32,000 nt of DNA from Leminorella richardii (GCF_900478135.1 NZ_LS483470.1:1376071-1408070); one strand, 5' to 3'; shown: positions 18,694 to 27,022, numbered from the stretch's first letter. Numbers and translations: made by a program. The notes: generated from the letters alone by a model not told the origin.

Positions 18694-19137
18694 TGCGACA
18701 TTCTTTTTATCTAATTGAATTTAAAATGATTTTATTTTTTAAATCAAAATGAGGCCCTTATAAAGGCCCCATATGTTATTGCTGTTTTGAAATGTGACAT
18801 TTGTCACGTTTTATATTGCTGTACTGTCAGTTGATAGATATTACAGTCGACTTTGTGCCAGAAGCGGATGTTGCCGACACAGTACTGCGTCATTGAAAGG
18901 GAGTAAACCAATGAAACTGACGTTAGCGGGTTCTCATTTTCTGATTTCGAAGAGCATTTTGTAGGATATCAAGAGGCAAGATTTCCATGAGGATGCTTAT
19001 GTGAGGCTGCAATTTTCTGAACTCCTTTAACATTTTCGGTGATCAGCATTTGAACTATCCATCTGCTTGCAACATACTGTCAAATATGGGAATTAGTAAT
19101 TTCAAAGAAACCATCAACGATAACTATTGGATATGCC

Positions 19138-20349
19138 ATGGCCGACAGAAGTGCAGTTGACACAATACGAGGTTATTTTTATCAATTTGATCTAACTATT
19201 CTAAGCATCTTGAAACTAACATCCTTAGACGAATCTGTTGAAATCGAATGCACTGAGGACATTGACATTCGAACCGCAACAGACGTCACAGCTACACAAT
19301 GCAAATATTACGCCAAGACCGAATACAACCACTCTGTCATCAAAGATGCGATAAAGCATATGGTATCGCATTTCAAGGAAACGCTATCAGGTACGAAGCC
19401 AAAGATCTTTTACTCTATATATGGACACTATGCGTCAGGCCAAGAAAAATTGGATGTAGAGATAAACGTTGATTTCCTAAAGAAACACTTCCTAACCTAC
19501 ACCAAGGAAAAAATCACATACCACCATCATCAAGATTTACAACTTACAGATGCAGATCTTGAAGAGTTCCTAAATCGGTTAACCATAAATATCAGAGCAG
19601 TAGAGTTTAATACACAGTTTCAAGAAGTGATCGACATTCTCCAAACGATCTTTAAGACTAAACAGTTCTCAGCTGAATACTTTTATTACAACAACGCACT
19701 AGCTGTTATACGAGAACTTTCAATCGAGGCAGTTCAAAAAAATCGTTCGATTACAAAGAAAGAATTCTTAGAAAGGATCAATACTTCCAGCGTTCTCTTT
19801 AATGAATGGTTCGTTGAGAAAAAAGGGAGAAAAGCACATTTTGCGGCTCTACGTAATCAATATTTCTCAGAAGTTAACATATCTCCATTTGAACGCTTCT
19901 TTCTGGTAGAAATAGATACGGCTTCTTACGTTCGATACGAACTCAAAAATCTTCTATTTGAGTTTTCCCGGAAGTGGTCCAAATTGTCGAGGCGAGAACC
20001 TGCTCCTTTCTGCCCGTACATATATATACATGGATTATCGGAGAGTGAGTTACTCGCACTAAAAAGTGAACTTAATACCGAAGGTTTTAAGTTTATAGAC
20101 GGTCACGATTTCCATGGTGCTGATTTTAGCTGCCAATCTATTGTTCAGAAAGCTACATATGGTAATGGTATCAAACTTAAAATTCTAAATATTCTTCAAA
20201 ATGTTAATCATACTGTAGATACCATTACTAAGACTCGACGTATTTACCAATTTCACATAGGCCCTAGCTTCTTTGAATACGATAAACCAGCAGTTCAACA
20301 TGTCAAAATTCAGATAGAACAACTTTCAGACGTCAAGTCAATCATCTAG
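19138..20349 (+). CDS. Hypothetical protein with a DUF4297/Cap4-like PD-(D/E)xK nuclease N-terminus and an unassigned ~300-aa C-terminal region
   Basis: 403 aa. Motifs are GYFYQ (res 12-16), the acidic cluster E35/E37/E40-D41/D43 and Q54-C-K56. This order and spacing match the DUF4297 nuclease domain as I recall it. No motif was recognised after about res 100. AT-rich. Confidence 0.6.
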   Translation: MADRSAVDTIRGYFYQFDLTILSILKLTSLDESVEIECTEDIDIRTATDVTATQCKYYAKTEYNHSVIKDAIKHMVSHFKETLSGTKPKIFYSIYGHYASGQEKLDVEINVDFLKKHFLTYTKEKITYHHHQDLQLTDADLEEFLNRLTINIRAVEFNTQFQEVIDILQTIFKTKQFSAEYFYYNNALAVIRELSIEAVQKNRSITKKEFLERINTSSVLFNEWFVEKKGRKAHFAALRNQYFSEVNISPFERFFLVEIDTASYVRYELKNLLFEFSRKWSKLSRREPAPFCPYIYIHGLSESELLALKSELNTEGFKFIDGHDFHGADFSCQSIVQKATYGNGIKLKILNILQNVNHTVDTITKTRRIYQFHIGPSFFEYDKPAVQHVKIQIEQLSDVKSII

Positions 20350-20365
20350 TTGAAGGAAACTTAAC

Positions 20366-22048
20366 ATGGACCCTAGACAAGAAGAACAAATTAATGCCCA
20401 AGTCATTGCAGTATTCCCAGATAAAGTACGTATCATCGTGGATGACCTTGAGGATTTTAAAATAGCGGAAGAGTCACTGAAAGTTGGTTCTTACGTCAAA
20501 ATTGCGGATAACGAAAATGCAGTTCTTATAGCAATCATTGAAAACTTCCAAATAGCAGTTAGCGCTGAAGGGAAGCGGGATCACATCATTGAAGCTTTTC
20601 CTTTAGGCATCTTAAGAAATGGTAAGTTTGAACGAGGCGGTGATTCACTAGCTATTCCGCCAAAAGAGGTCCAGCCCGCAACCATCTCTGACATAAAGAA
20701 AATCTATGAAGACTCGGTGCCTAAAGAGGCATCTTTTCGTTTTGCTACATTATCCTCAAATATAAGTGTTCCAGTTCCCGTAAACGGAGATAAATTTTTC
20801 AACAAACATATTGCTGTCGTCGGGTCTACTGGCTCAGGAAAATCACATACTTTAGCAACTATTATTCAGAAAGCTGTATCCGAAAAAGGAGATGGTTTCT
20901 CATTAAATAATTCACATGTAATTATTTTCGACATACACTCTGAGTATAAATCAGCATTTCCTTCAGCAAACCATATTGATATATCCAATTTAGCTTTACC
21001 ATATTGGATGCTGAATAGTGAAGAATTGGAGGAATTCTTCCTCGATACTGAAGCCAACGATCACAATCAGAGAAATATTTTCAAAGAAGCCATAATAAAA
21101 GATCGCCTTGCAAAATTTTCAGGTTCAGCCTCTGAAAAACAAAATATTCACCTCGATACTCCTATTCTATTCGATATTCGGGAAGTTCTTGCGTACGCAA
21201 TTGCAAAAAATGAAGAGATGGTCAATACCGGAGAGGTTTACGCTTCGAGCAATAAAGAGAAAGCGGGACAGCCAAAATACACACAAGGTAGTCTTCATGG
21301 AAAACTGACTAACTTTGTGAATCGACTTGAGAACAAGCTTAATGATAGTAGGCTAAACTTCTTTCTTGGCGAGCAGTCCATGAAAATCACTTTCGAAGAA
21401 ACCCTCCAAAAACTGCTAGGATACTCCTCGAAAAGTGAATCGAACGTAACCGTTATTGACTTAAGTGGAGTTCCGTTCGAAGTTCTGAGTATAACTGTCT
21501 CACTTATCTCACGCCTCGTATTCGAATACGGTTATATATACAAACGTATACGTTGTGCCAAAAACCCAAATGAGAAAATCAATAATGACATTCCGATTCT
21601 GCTCGTTTATGAAGAAGCGCATAAATATGTCCCTAATAGTGATCTTTCAAAATATCGAGCTTCAAAAGTAGCCATAGAGCGAATTGCAAAGGAAGGACGA
21701 AAATATGGCGTAACATTGCTGCTAGCAAGTCAACGTCCATCCGAAATATCCGAAACAATCTTTTCGCAGTGCAGTAACTTTATTGCTATGCGCTTAACCA
21801 ATCCAGCGGATCAAGGATACGTTAAAAAGTTACTGCCAGATTCACTCGGTTCGTTGATCGATAAAATGACATCGTTCCGTCAAGGGGAAGCATTACTGGT
21901 TGGCGAATCTATAATTCTTCCCTCAATCGTCCAAATTGAGCCATGTATACACACCCCATCTTCTAGTGATATCCCGTACTGGCAACTTTGGAAGGAAGAA
22001 TGGAAAAATATGGACTTTGCTGCTATTAAGGAAGAGTGGTATAAATAA
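20366..22048 (+). CDS. HerA/DUF87-type (FtsK-HerA superfamily) P-loop ATPase
   Basis: 560 aa. GAAGGA SD; 16-nt gap from the upstream gene. Walker A GSTGSGKS (res 153-160), VIIFDIHSEY (185-194), Walker B ILLVYEEAH (411-419), RKYGVTLLLASQRPSEI (445-461). The N-terminal segment is HAS-barrel-like. Confidence 0.8.
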   Translation: MDPRQEEQINAQVIAVFPDKVRIIVDDLEDFKIAEESLKVGSYVKIADNENAVLIAIIENFQIAVSAEGKRDHIIEAFPLGILRNGKFERGGDSLAIPPKEVQPATISDIKKIYEDSVPKEASFRFATLSSNISVPVPVNGDKFFNKHIAVVGSTGSGKSHTLATIIQKAVSEKGDGFSLNNSHVIIFDIHSEYKSAFPSANHIDISNLALPYWMLNSEELEEFFLDTEANDHNQRNIFKEAIIKDRLAKFSGSASEKQNIHLDTPILFDIREVLAYAIAKNEEMVNTGEVYASSNKEKAGQPKYTQGSLHGKLTNFVNRLENKLNDSRLNFFLGEQSMKITFEETLQKLLGYSSKSESNVTVIDLSGVPFEVLSITVSLISRLVFEYGYIYKRIRCAKNPNEKINNDIPILLVYEEAHKYVPNSDLSKYRASKVAIERIAKEGRKYGVTLLLASQRPSEISETIFSQCSNFIAMRLTNPADQGYVKKLLPDSLGSLIDKMTSFRQGEALLVGESIILPSIVQIEPCIHTPSSSDIPYWQLWKEEWKNMDFAAIKEEWYK

Positions 22049-22092
22049 TCGCATCATATCTTGGTAGAAAGCGAATACCATGTATTTACAGA

Positions 22093-22121
22093 TTGAGTCG
22101 ATTCGTCCTGAATCGACTCAA
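22093..22121 (+). terminator. Stem-loop downstream of the HerA-like gene (no U-tract)
   Basis: Perfect 12-bp inverted repeat ttgagtcgattc-gtcct-gaatcgactcaa, 45 nt after the stop. Confidence 0.4.
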
Positions 22122-22264
22122 AGTATAGGAGTTTTAATCTCAATCACACCTTAGCCTTACAAATCTCCGGTGGATCTATATTTGTCAGACTATTATTTAT
22201 TGTGAATTGGCGATTATCGTAGACTTCAATGCCGTTAAATCCACTTTTCTCTCTTATCCGATTG

Positions 22265-23137
22265 TCAAATTTGCCCATACACCTGCTCTACATACCGCCC
22301 ACGTCCATCACCATGCCCCAGATCCATCGCCACCATTGCCAGCGCCTCCTTCCTGCTAAATCCCTGCGCCAGATAGTAACGAATAGCATCCTGCGCCCAC
22401 GCATAGCGCAGCGAATGCGGAGAATATGCGCCAGTCAGACCAATACGTGCCGCCTGGTTGTGCCAGTAGTCCATAGCACTTTTCAGATCCGGCTTGTCGA
22501 TCAGTCGGTCATTACGGCTTTCAGCAATATTCAACGCATTATCCAGCGCTTTTCTGACTGCGCCAGTATCCAAAATCACCGTTTCGCGTGGCCGTCCGCC
22601 TTTGGTGCCGAACACCACGGTTAAGCGCGTATCGCCGCGCTCAACGGCCTGTTTCCACGTTTTCAGTGACTGTACACTCTGCACCGCCTCCTGCGAACGC
22701 AGCCCCATCAGCCGCGCTAGTTCCAGCGCCGCCGCCAGACCCGGATCTTTCGCATGGGTCGTTTCCAGCACATGGAGGTAATGATCCGGTGTGATGGCTT
22801 GTCGCGTACCGTTACGCGATGCACCAGACAGCCCCAGCGATTTATTAGTCAGCCGCTCATGCTCTGCCACCTGCTTACGCCCGGCCTGTTGCAGAATGGT
22901 GCGCAATGAGGCCATTTCATTTTGCAATGTGCGTTTGCCGATCCCCTGCGCCAGTCTTGCATGAATATAGTTTTCAATGTGGCGAACCTTAATCTGTGCC
23001 ACGCGCTGGATCTGGACGTTCAGCGCCCGTAAGTGGTGATCGAAACGCTGCACGATATGGATGCGATCGTTCACCGTTTTATGGCTACCGCCACAGTGCT
23101 TTGCCAGCGCCTTCATTTCACAGCCTAACTTACCCAT
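22265..23137 (-). CDS. Small tyrosine-recombinase (phage integrase family) domain protein
   Basis: 290 aa. Candidate catalytic pattern: R in LARLMGLRSQEA, HSLRYAW (H-x-x-R), GHGDGRGRYVEQVY (H...Y). It lacks the DUF4102-type arm-binding N-terminus of the P4-type integrase. Confidence 0.65.
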   Translation of the reverse strand: MGKLGCEMKALAKHCGGSHKTVNDRIHIVQRFDHHLRALNVQIQRVAQIKVRHIENYIHARLAQGIGKRTLQNEMASLRTILQQAGRKQVAEHERLTNKSLGLSGASRNGTRQAITPDHYLHVLETTHAKDPGLAAALELARLMGLRSQEAVQSVQSLKTWKQAVERGDTRLTVVFGTKGGRPRETVILDTGAVRKALDNALNIAESRNDRLIDKPDLKSAMDYWHNQAARIGLTGAYSPHSLRYAWAQDAIRYYLAQGFSRKEALAMVAMDLGHGDGRGRYVEQVYGQI

Positions 23138-24019
23138 GCACTTCCCCTTAATTTTGAGAATACAAATAGTCTCCGGCGTATGCTTTTTGGCTGTGCCAGA
23201 ACGATACCTTCACGCCGGAGTGGCAGTTTGTTGAGGTATAGGGAGTTTCAGCCAGTACGCGGTACGGGCTGCCTGCGTGAGCAGGAATTCTCCGGGGCAT
23301 CATGCCCCCCTCGGTATCGATCTTTTTCTCCTTTCTTCTTGCTGACTGCGGCCTAAAAAAGGCGTGTCAGATGCGGGAATGAGCACCGGAACCCCGAAAT
23401 CAGGCGTATGGTGCGGTGTGGTGGTTGTGCGTCACTTTGTCGCTTTGCGCGACGAAAGTGACGCACTGGTCGGGTGCAGTGCGCGAAAGAGCGCGGGGTC
23501 TGGTGCAGTTTTACGGTCACGCGGCAGCAAAGCCTTGCGGCAACGCAGGCCGCAGCCCGTAAAGTAAAAGGCGCTGATGTGGCAGCAGGTGCAGGTTTAC
23601 CGGAGCGTTTCCGGCGCAGTGCAATATTGGCCAGAGATCTGGCGCAGATAAAAAGCGCTGATAATCAGCAGGTACAGACGAACCGGGAAATCGTGAGACT
23701 TCCGGTCGGATGGAAACACAGCCAGCGAGCTGGCGCAGTGAAAGGATGTATCGTGTATAACTCTCAACCTCTGCCGCAGTATCTGCGGCCCGGCATTTTT
23801 GCAGAGGCCCTGCCGGTAAAATGGCAACCATCTCCTGACAGGTCAGGCGCTTCTTTCAGGTCATGAAGCATTGGGTGCTGTCGGCGACAGCATAGGGCAG
23901 GAGGGAGATTACAGCCGTTTTCCGCGAATGAAAAGGGGAAACCTTTTTTTCGGGAATTGAGTTGTTTGTAGATTTTTTCGCAATTTTATGAATGACACTC
24001 TGCCGCGCTTCGCTTGTCT

Positions 24020-24062
24020 TCTCCCGCTCTTCCGCCAGCAGAGCTGGCAGAAGAGCGGGAGA
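24020..24062. repeat. Long GC-rich hairpin just 3' of the Ner-like gene
   Basis: tctcccgctcttc-c-gccagc-aga-gctggc-a-gaagagcgggaga: 13 + 6 bp of pairing. No clear U-tract on either strand. Confidence 0.6.
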
Positions 24063-24074
24063 GTCGGTTTAGCT

Positions 24075-24296
24075 TCAACGGTATTCTGGCTTTCGGTAAC
24101 GGGACGGCCAGATCTGTTCAGGCGCAACGCCCAATTCTTCGGCTATCAGCCTTTCGCCTTTAGGCCAGTGTCGGTTAAGGGCATTGGTCAGCGTGGAAGA
24201 GGCCAATCCGGCCCTGCGCGATACCGCAGCCAGAGACGTTCCTTTCTTCCGTAACCCGGCGATGATGTCTGCCGGGTGCCAGTCGTCTTTATCCAT
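24075..24296 (-). CDS. Ner/Nlp(SfsB)-like HTH DNA-binding protein
   Basis: DWHPADIIAGLRKKGTSLAAVSRRAGLASSTLTNALNRHWPKGERLIAEELGVAPEQIWPSRY is collinear with E. coli Nlp from memory. The ATG at 24296 has a GGGAGA about 6 nt upstream; the ORF track opens at 24332. Confidence 0.85.
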   Translation of the reverse strand: MDKDDWHPADIIAGLRKKGTSLAAVSRRAGLASSTLTNALNRHWPKGERLIAEELGVAPEQIWPSRYRKPEYR

Positions 24297-24360
24297 TGGT
24301 TTCTCCCTGTCTGTCATCCTGAACGAAAGCACCGATCTGCTTCCGGCCTCTGCTTTATTT

Positions 24361-24407
24361 ATCTTTAGTAACTCTAAAGATAATGAATCTTAAGGAATGC
24401 TAAAGAT
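24361..24407. promoter_or_regulatory. Candidate operators between the Ner-like gene and XRE copy 1
   Basis: 8-bp inverted repeat atctttag-taact-ctaaagat (24361-24381) plus a third ctaaagat half-site (24400-24407). The arrangement recurs at 24753-24798 upstream of XRE copy 2. Confidence 0.5.
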
Positions 24408-24440
24408 GGTGTCAACGTAAGTATTAACAAGACACGTAAT

Positions 24441-24725
24441 ATGATCCCTGAACGACTGAAAGCCGCAAGGTTACGGGCCAACCTTACCCAGGAGCAATTG
24501 GGTGTCCGCGCAGGCATAGCTGAAGACACCGCTTATTCAAGACTCTCTCAGTATGAAAGTGGAACGCACAAACCGACGTTTAAAATGGTTTGTGCTTTTG
24601 CCTGTGTGCTAAACGTTCCTGAATGCTATTTCTACACGGTGGATGATAGTTTCGCCGAAGCGCTATTAAGGTTGTATGACGGCGAGGTAGTTCAGTGGAA
24701 TATGAAAGTGGGGAATTGCTCTTAA
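24441..24725 (+). CDS. XRE-family HTH protein, copy 1
   Basis: 94 aa. MIPERLKAARLRANLTQEQLGV...SRLSQYESGTHKPTF..V...A.VLNVPECYFYTVDD. Confidence 0.8.
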   Translation: MIPERLKAARLRANLTQEQLGVRAGIAEDTAYSRLSQYESGTHKPTFKMVCAFACVLNVPECYFYTVDDSFAEALLRLYDGEVVQWNMKVGNCS

Positions 24726-24831
24726 TACAAAAAGGAAACGGGCGTTTGTTCGTCTTTATGAACTCTAAAGAAAAACATTCTTGAGGAATGCTAAAGATTA
24801 CCCTCATAAATTCAAACTGATGGTAATTTCG

Positions 24832-25092
24832 ATGATCCCCAAACGCTTAAAAGAAGCCCGGTTGCGGGCGAAACTCACGCAGGAAAAGTTGGGGGTACTG
24901 GCCGGAATAGAAGAGGCAACAGCTTACTCCCGCCTCTCACACTATGAGAACGGCACTCATAAGCCTACTTTTGATCTTGTCTGCGAATTTGCCAAAGTGC
25001 TCAACGTACCGGAGTGCTATTTCTATACGGTTGATGATGATTTTGCCGAAGCGGTACTGGATCTTTATGTCCGGTGGGAAAGTAAATCCTGA
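24832..25092 (+). CDS. XRE-family HTH protein, copy 2 (tandem paralog)
   Basis: ATG at 24832 gives MIPKRLKEARLRAKLTQEKLGV..., roughly three-quarters identical to copy 1 by eye over the shared ~78 aa. Start-to-start period is 391 bp. Confidence 0.8.
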   Translation: MIPKRLKEARLRAKLTQEKLGVLAGIEEATAYSRLSHYENGTHKPTFDLVCEFAKVLNVPECYFYTVDDDFAEAVLDLYVRWESKS

Positions 25093-25103
25093 TCAGAAAA
25101 TAA

Positions 25104-25127
25104 CTTTGCCCCTGAACAGGGGCAAAG
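25104..25127 (-). terminator. Terminator for the integrase gene (also closes the XRE genes)
   Basis: ctttgcccctg-aa-caggggcaaag, followed on the minus strand by ttattttc. Confidence 0.55.
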
Positions 25128-25174
25128 AGCTGGCTTTCCGTTAATTGACGGAAAAAGAAATAGCTGTATTTTTA

Positions 25175-26436
25175 TTACGACACGTTTTTCAGGGGAGCTG
25201 CGTACTGATAAGGGGAAATATACCCGCCGAGATTTGCGTCCAGATAATTCGCCCACCACTGCATCATCGCGATCCGTTCCTCCAGATATTCAGCCTTATG
25301 GATATAAGCAGCGCGGACGCTGTTTCTTTCCTGATGGCTCATCTGCTTTTCAATGGCTTCTTTGCTCCACAGCCCGACTCACTCAGCGCGCTGCACGCCA
25401 TTGCCCTGAAACCGTGGCCGCAGACGTCTTTTTTGGTGTCGTAGCCCATCACGCGCAATGCTTTATTAATCGTGCTGTCGCTCATGCATTTATCCTGATC
25501 GTATTCGCCGGGGAAAATGAAGGCCAGATGGCCGGAGAGCGCTTCAATTTGCTTTAAGACAGCAACAGCCTGATCGGACAACGGAACGATATGTTGCGTT
25601 TTCATTTTTGTGCCGCGATGAGAGAAGCGCACGTTTTCGATCTGCTCCCGCTCTTCCGGGATTATCCAGAGTTTTTGCTGCCAGTCGATTTCACTCCAGC
25701 GGGCAAAGCGCAGTTCGCTGGAGCGCACAAAAAATAGCAGTGACAGCTTAAGCGCGTACCGTGTCAGCAGTCTGCCGGGGTAGTTATTCGTCCGCGATAA
25801 CAATTCAGGCATTTTCTCAAGGGGCAGGGCCGGGTAATGTTGCGTTTCCGGCGGTGTAAACTCGCCGTCCAGATCCAGTGCCGGGTTTGATTTGATTAAC
25901 TGCTTCTTCACCGCATAGCGCATGATTTCAGTGACGTAGTTTTTCAGCCGGGCGGTAATTTCCAGAAAGCCTTTGTTCTCCACCTTACGCAGGGTAAACA
26001 GCAAATCCTCCGTGAGGATCTGATCGATGAATTTTTCCCCGATATCCGGGAAAACGTACATTTCCAGCCTGCGCTGGATGGTCGTTGCATAATGCGCAGA
26101 CCAGCGTTTGTGATCGGCGTGCCAGTTCATGGCGATCTGCCGGAATGTTTGCCCGTTTTTCTTTTTCTGCTGCGCGATTTTTTTATCAGCAGAAGGATCG
26201 GCCCCTTCACGAACTTTAGCGCGTGCGGCATCGCGTAGCTGACGCGCCTTAAACAGAGAAATATCCGGGTAGGGGCCAAAGGCCAGCTTTTTCTCTTTAC
26301 CAAAGATGCGGTACTTCATGTACCAGAGTTTTGAGCCGTTGGGTTTGATCAGCAGGTAGAGTCCTGCACTGTCAGTAATCTTGAAGGATTTATCGGTGGG
26401 TTTGATCTTGCGGATTGCGGTATCGGTTAATGCCAT
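25175..26436 (-). pseudogene. P4-type tyrosine integrase (DUF4102 arm-binding N-terminus), frameshifted before the catalytic Tyr
   Basis: N-terminus is MALTDTAIRKIKPTDKSFKITDSAGLYLLIKPNGSKLWYMKYR. The frame is lost after ...HGFRAMACSALSESG at about 25370-25376 (CCC run 25373-25375). The next frame continues LWSKEAIEKQMSHQERNSVRAAYIHKAEYLEERIAMMQWWANYLDAN..., with the stop at 25175-25177. Confidence 0.8.
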
Positions 26437-26596
26437 AGGTGGGGGCTCCATTTTCTCAACGAACCGTGAGGCCCCCGATTAAGCCCCCAAAAACTATGGA
26501 TGTCAAGAAACCCGGTAAACCTTCGCAGGTCAACCGGGTTAAGATAAGTTCTTGTTTTTTAAACGTCTCCGGACTTACTGGGATGTCCCGAAACTA

Positions 26597-26618
26597 AAAT
26601 TTGGCTCCTCTGACTGGA
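26597..26618. repeat. attR: 22-bp direct repeat overlapping the 3' end of the intact tRNA-Asn
   Basis: Identical to 18672-18693. Confidence 0.9.
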
Positions 26619-26677
26619 CTTGAACCAGTGACATACGGATTAACAGTCCGCCGTTCTACCGACTGAACTACAGAGGA
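26602..26677 (-). tRNA. tRNA-Asn (GUU)
   Basis: The reverse complement is tcctctgtagttcagtcggtagaacggcggactgttaatccgtatgtcactggttcaagtccagtcagaggagcca. 76 nt with encoded CCA. It differs from E. coli tRNA-Asn as remembered at one T-stem position. Confidence 0.95.
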
Positions 26678-26694
26678 ATCGTATAGACAGGCGC

Positions 26695-26723
26695 ATCATA
26701 TCTGCCCGCCCGAGTGCTGTCAA
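26695..26723 (-). promoter_or_regulatory. Sigma70 promoter of tRNA-Asn copy 1
   Basis: Minus strand reads TTGACA (26723-26718), 17 nt, TATGAT (26700-26695). A GC-rich discriminator (gcgcc) follows. The -10 ends 18 nt before the mature tRNA 5' end. Confidence 0.7.
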
Positions 26724-27022
26724 CCGCTGGAAAAAGCCTGTGAGTGTATTTGCTTATTGTTCATCCAAAAAAGAGCGATTTTCGTTTCTATTTTAGCCAT
26801 GCAGGTCTTTCTTTCATCAACCCATTCTGATTTCTTCTGCATTTGAAAAGCTAACTGTCAGAAATATTTGCATTTCGGTATAGCTAATGAAAAAAGTAAT
26901 ATAGACTTTAAGGGAAAGAGAGAACGAGAGAGACCAGTGAAGAGGTGTATAGAGGTGATGTGTATAAGTTTGATTTCTCTATCCCTTAGCGACGTAATAT
27001 TTGATGGTTAAGTGGTGGGAAA

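Larger units (their letters stand above)
18672..26618. mobile_element. About 7.9-kb integrative genomic island in the 3' end of tRNA-Asn (P4-type integrase, degraded)
   Basis: Perfect 22-bp direct repeats at both ends. The P4-like integrase gene lies directly 3' of the intact tRNA. Composition is mosaic: spot counts of 60-nt lines give about 35-40% GC at 19.1-22.0 kb against about 58% at 23.4 kb. A second tRNA-Asn at 29.6 kb shows the empty site. Confidence 0.85.

Noticed and set aside
23364-23866. Track ORFs of 67-130 aa on both strands (23364-23567 +, 23474-23866 +, 23517-23831 -, 23597-23827 -)
   Set aside because: They overlap one another in a ~58% GC stretch, lack SD sequences and translate to Ala/Arg/Pro/Gly-rich low-complexity sequence. 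This is typical of spurious ORFs in GC-rich DNA, so they are not called as CDS. The short N-terminal similarity between 23517-23831(-) and 17865(+) is reported as nucleotide homology instead.
25145-25557. Plus-strand ORFs 25145-25444 and 25234-25557
   Set aside because: They lie antisense to the integrase. The minus-strand reading gives conserved P4-integrase C-terminal sequence, which explains the open frames.
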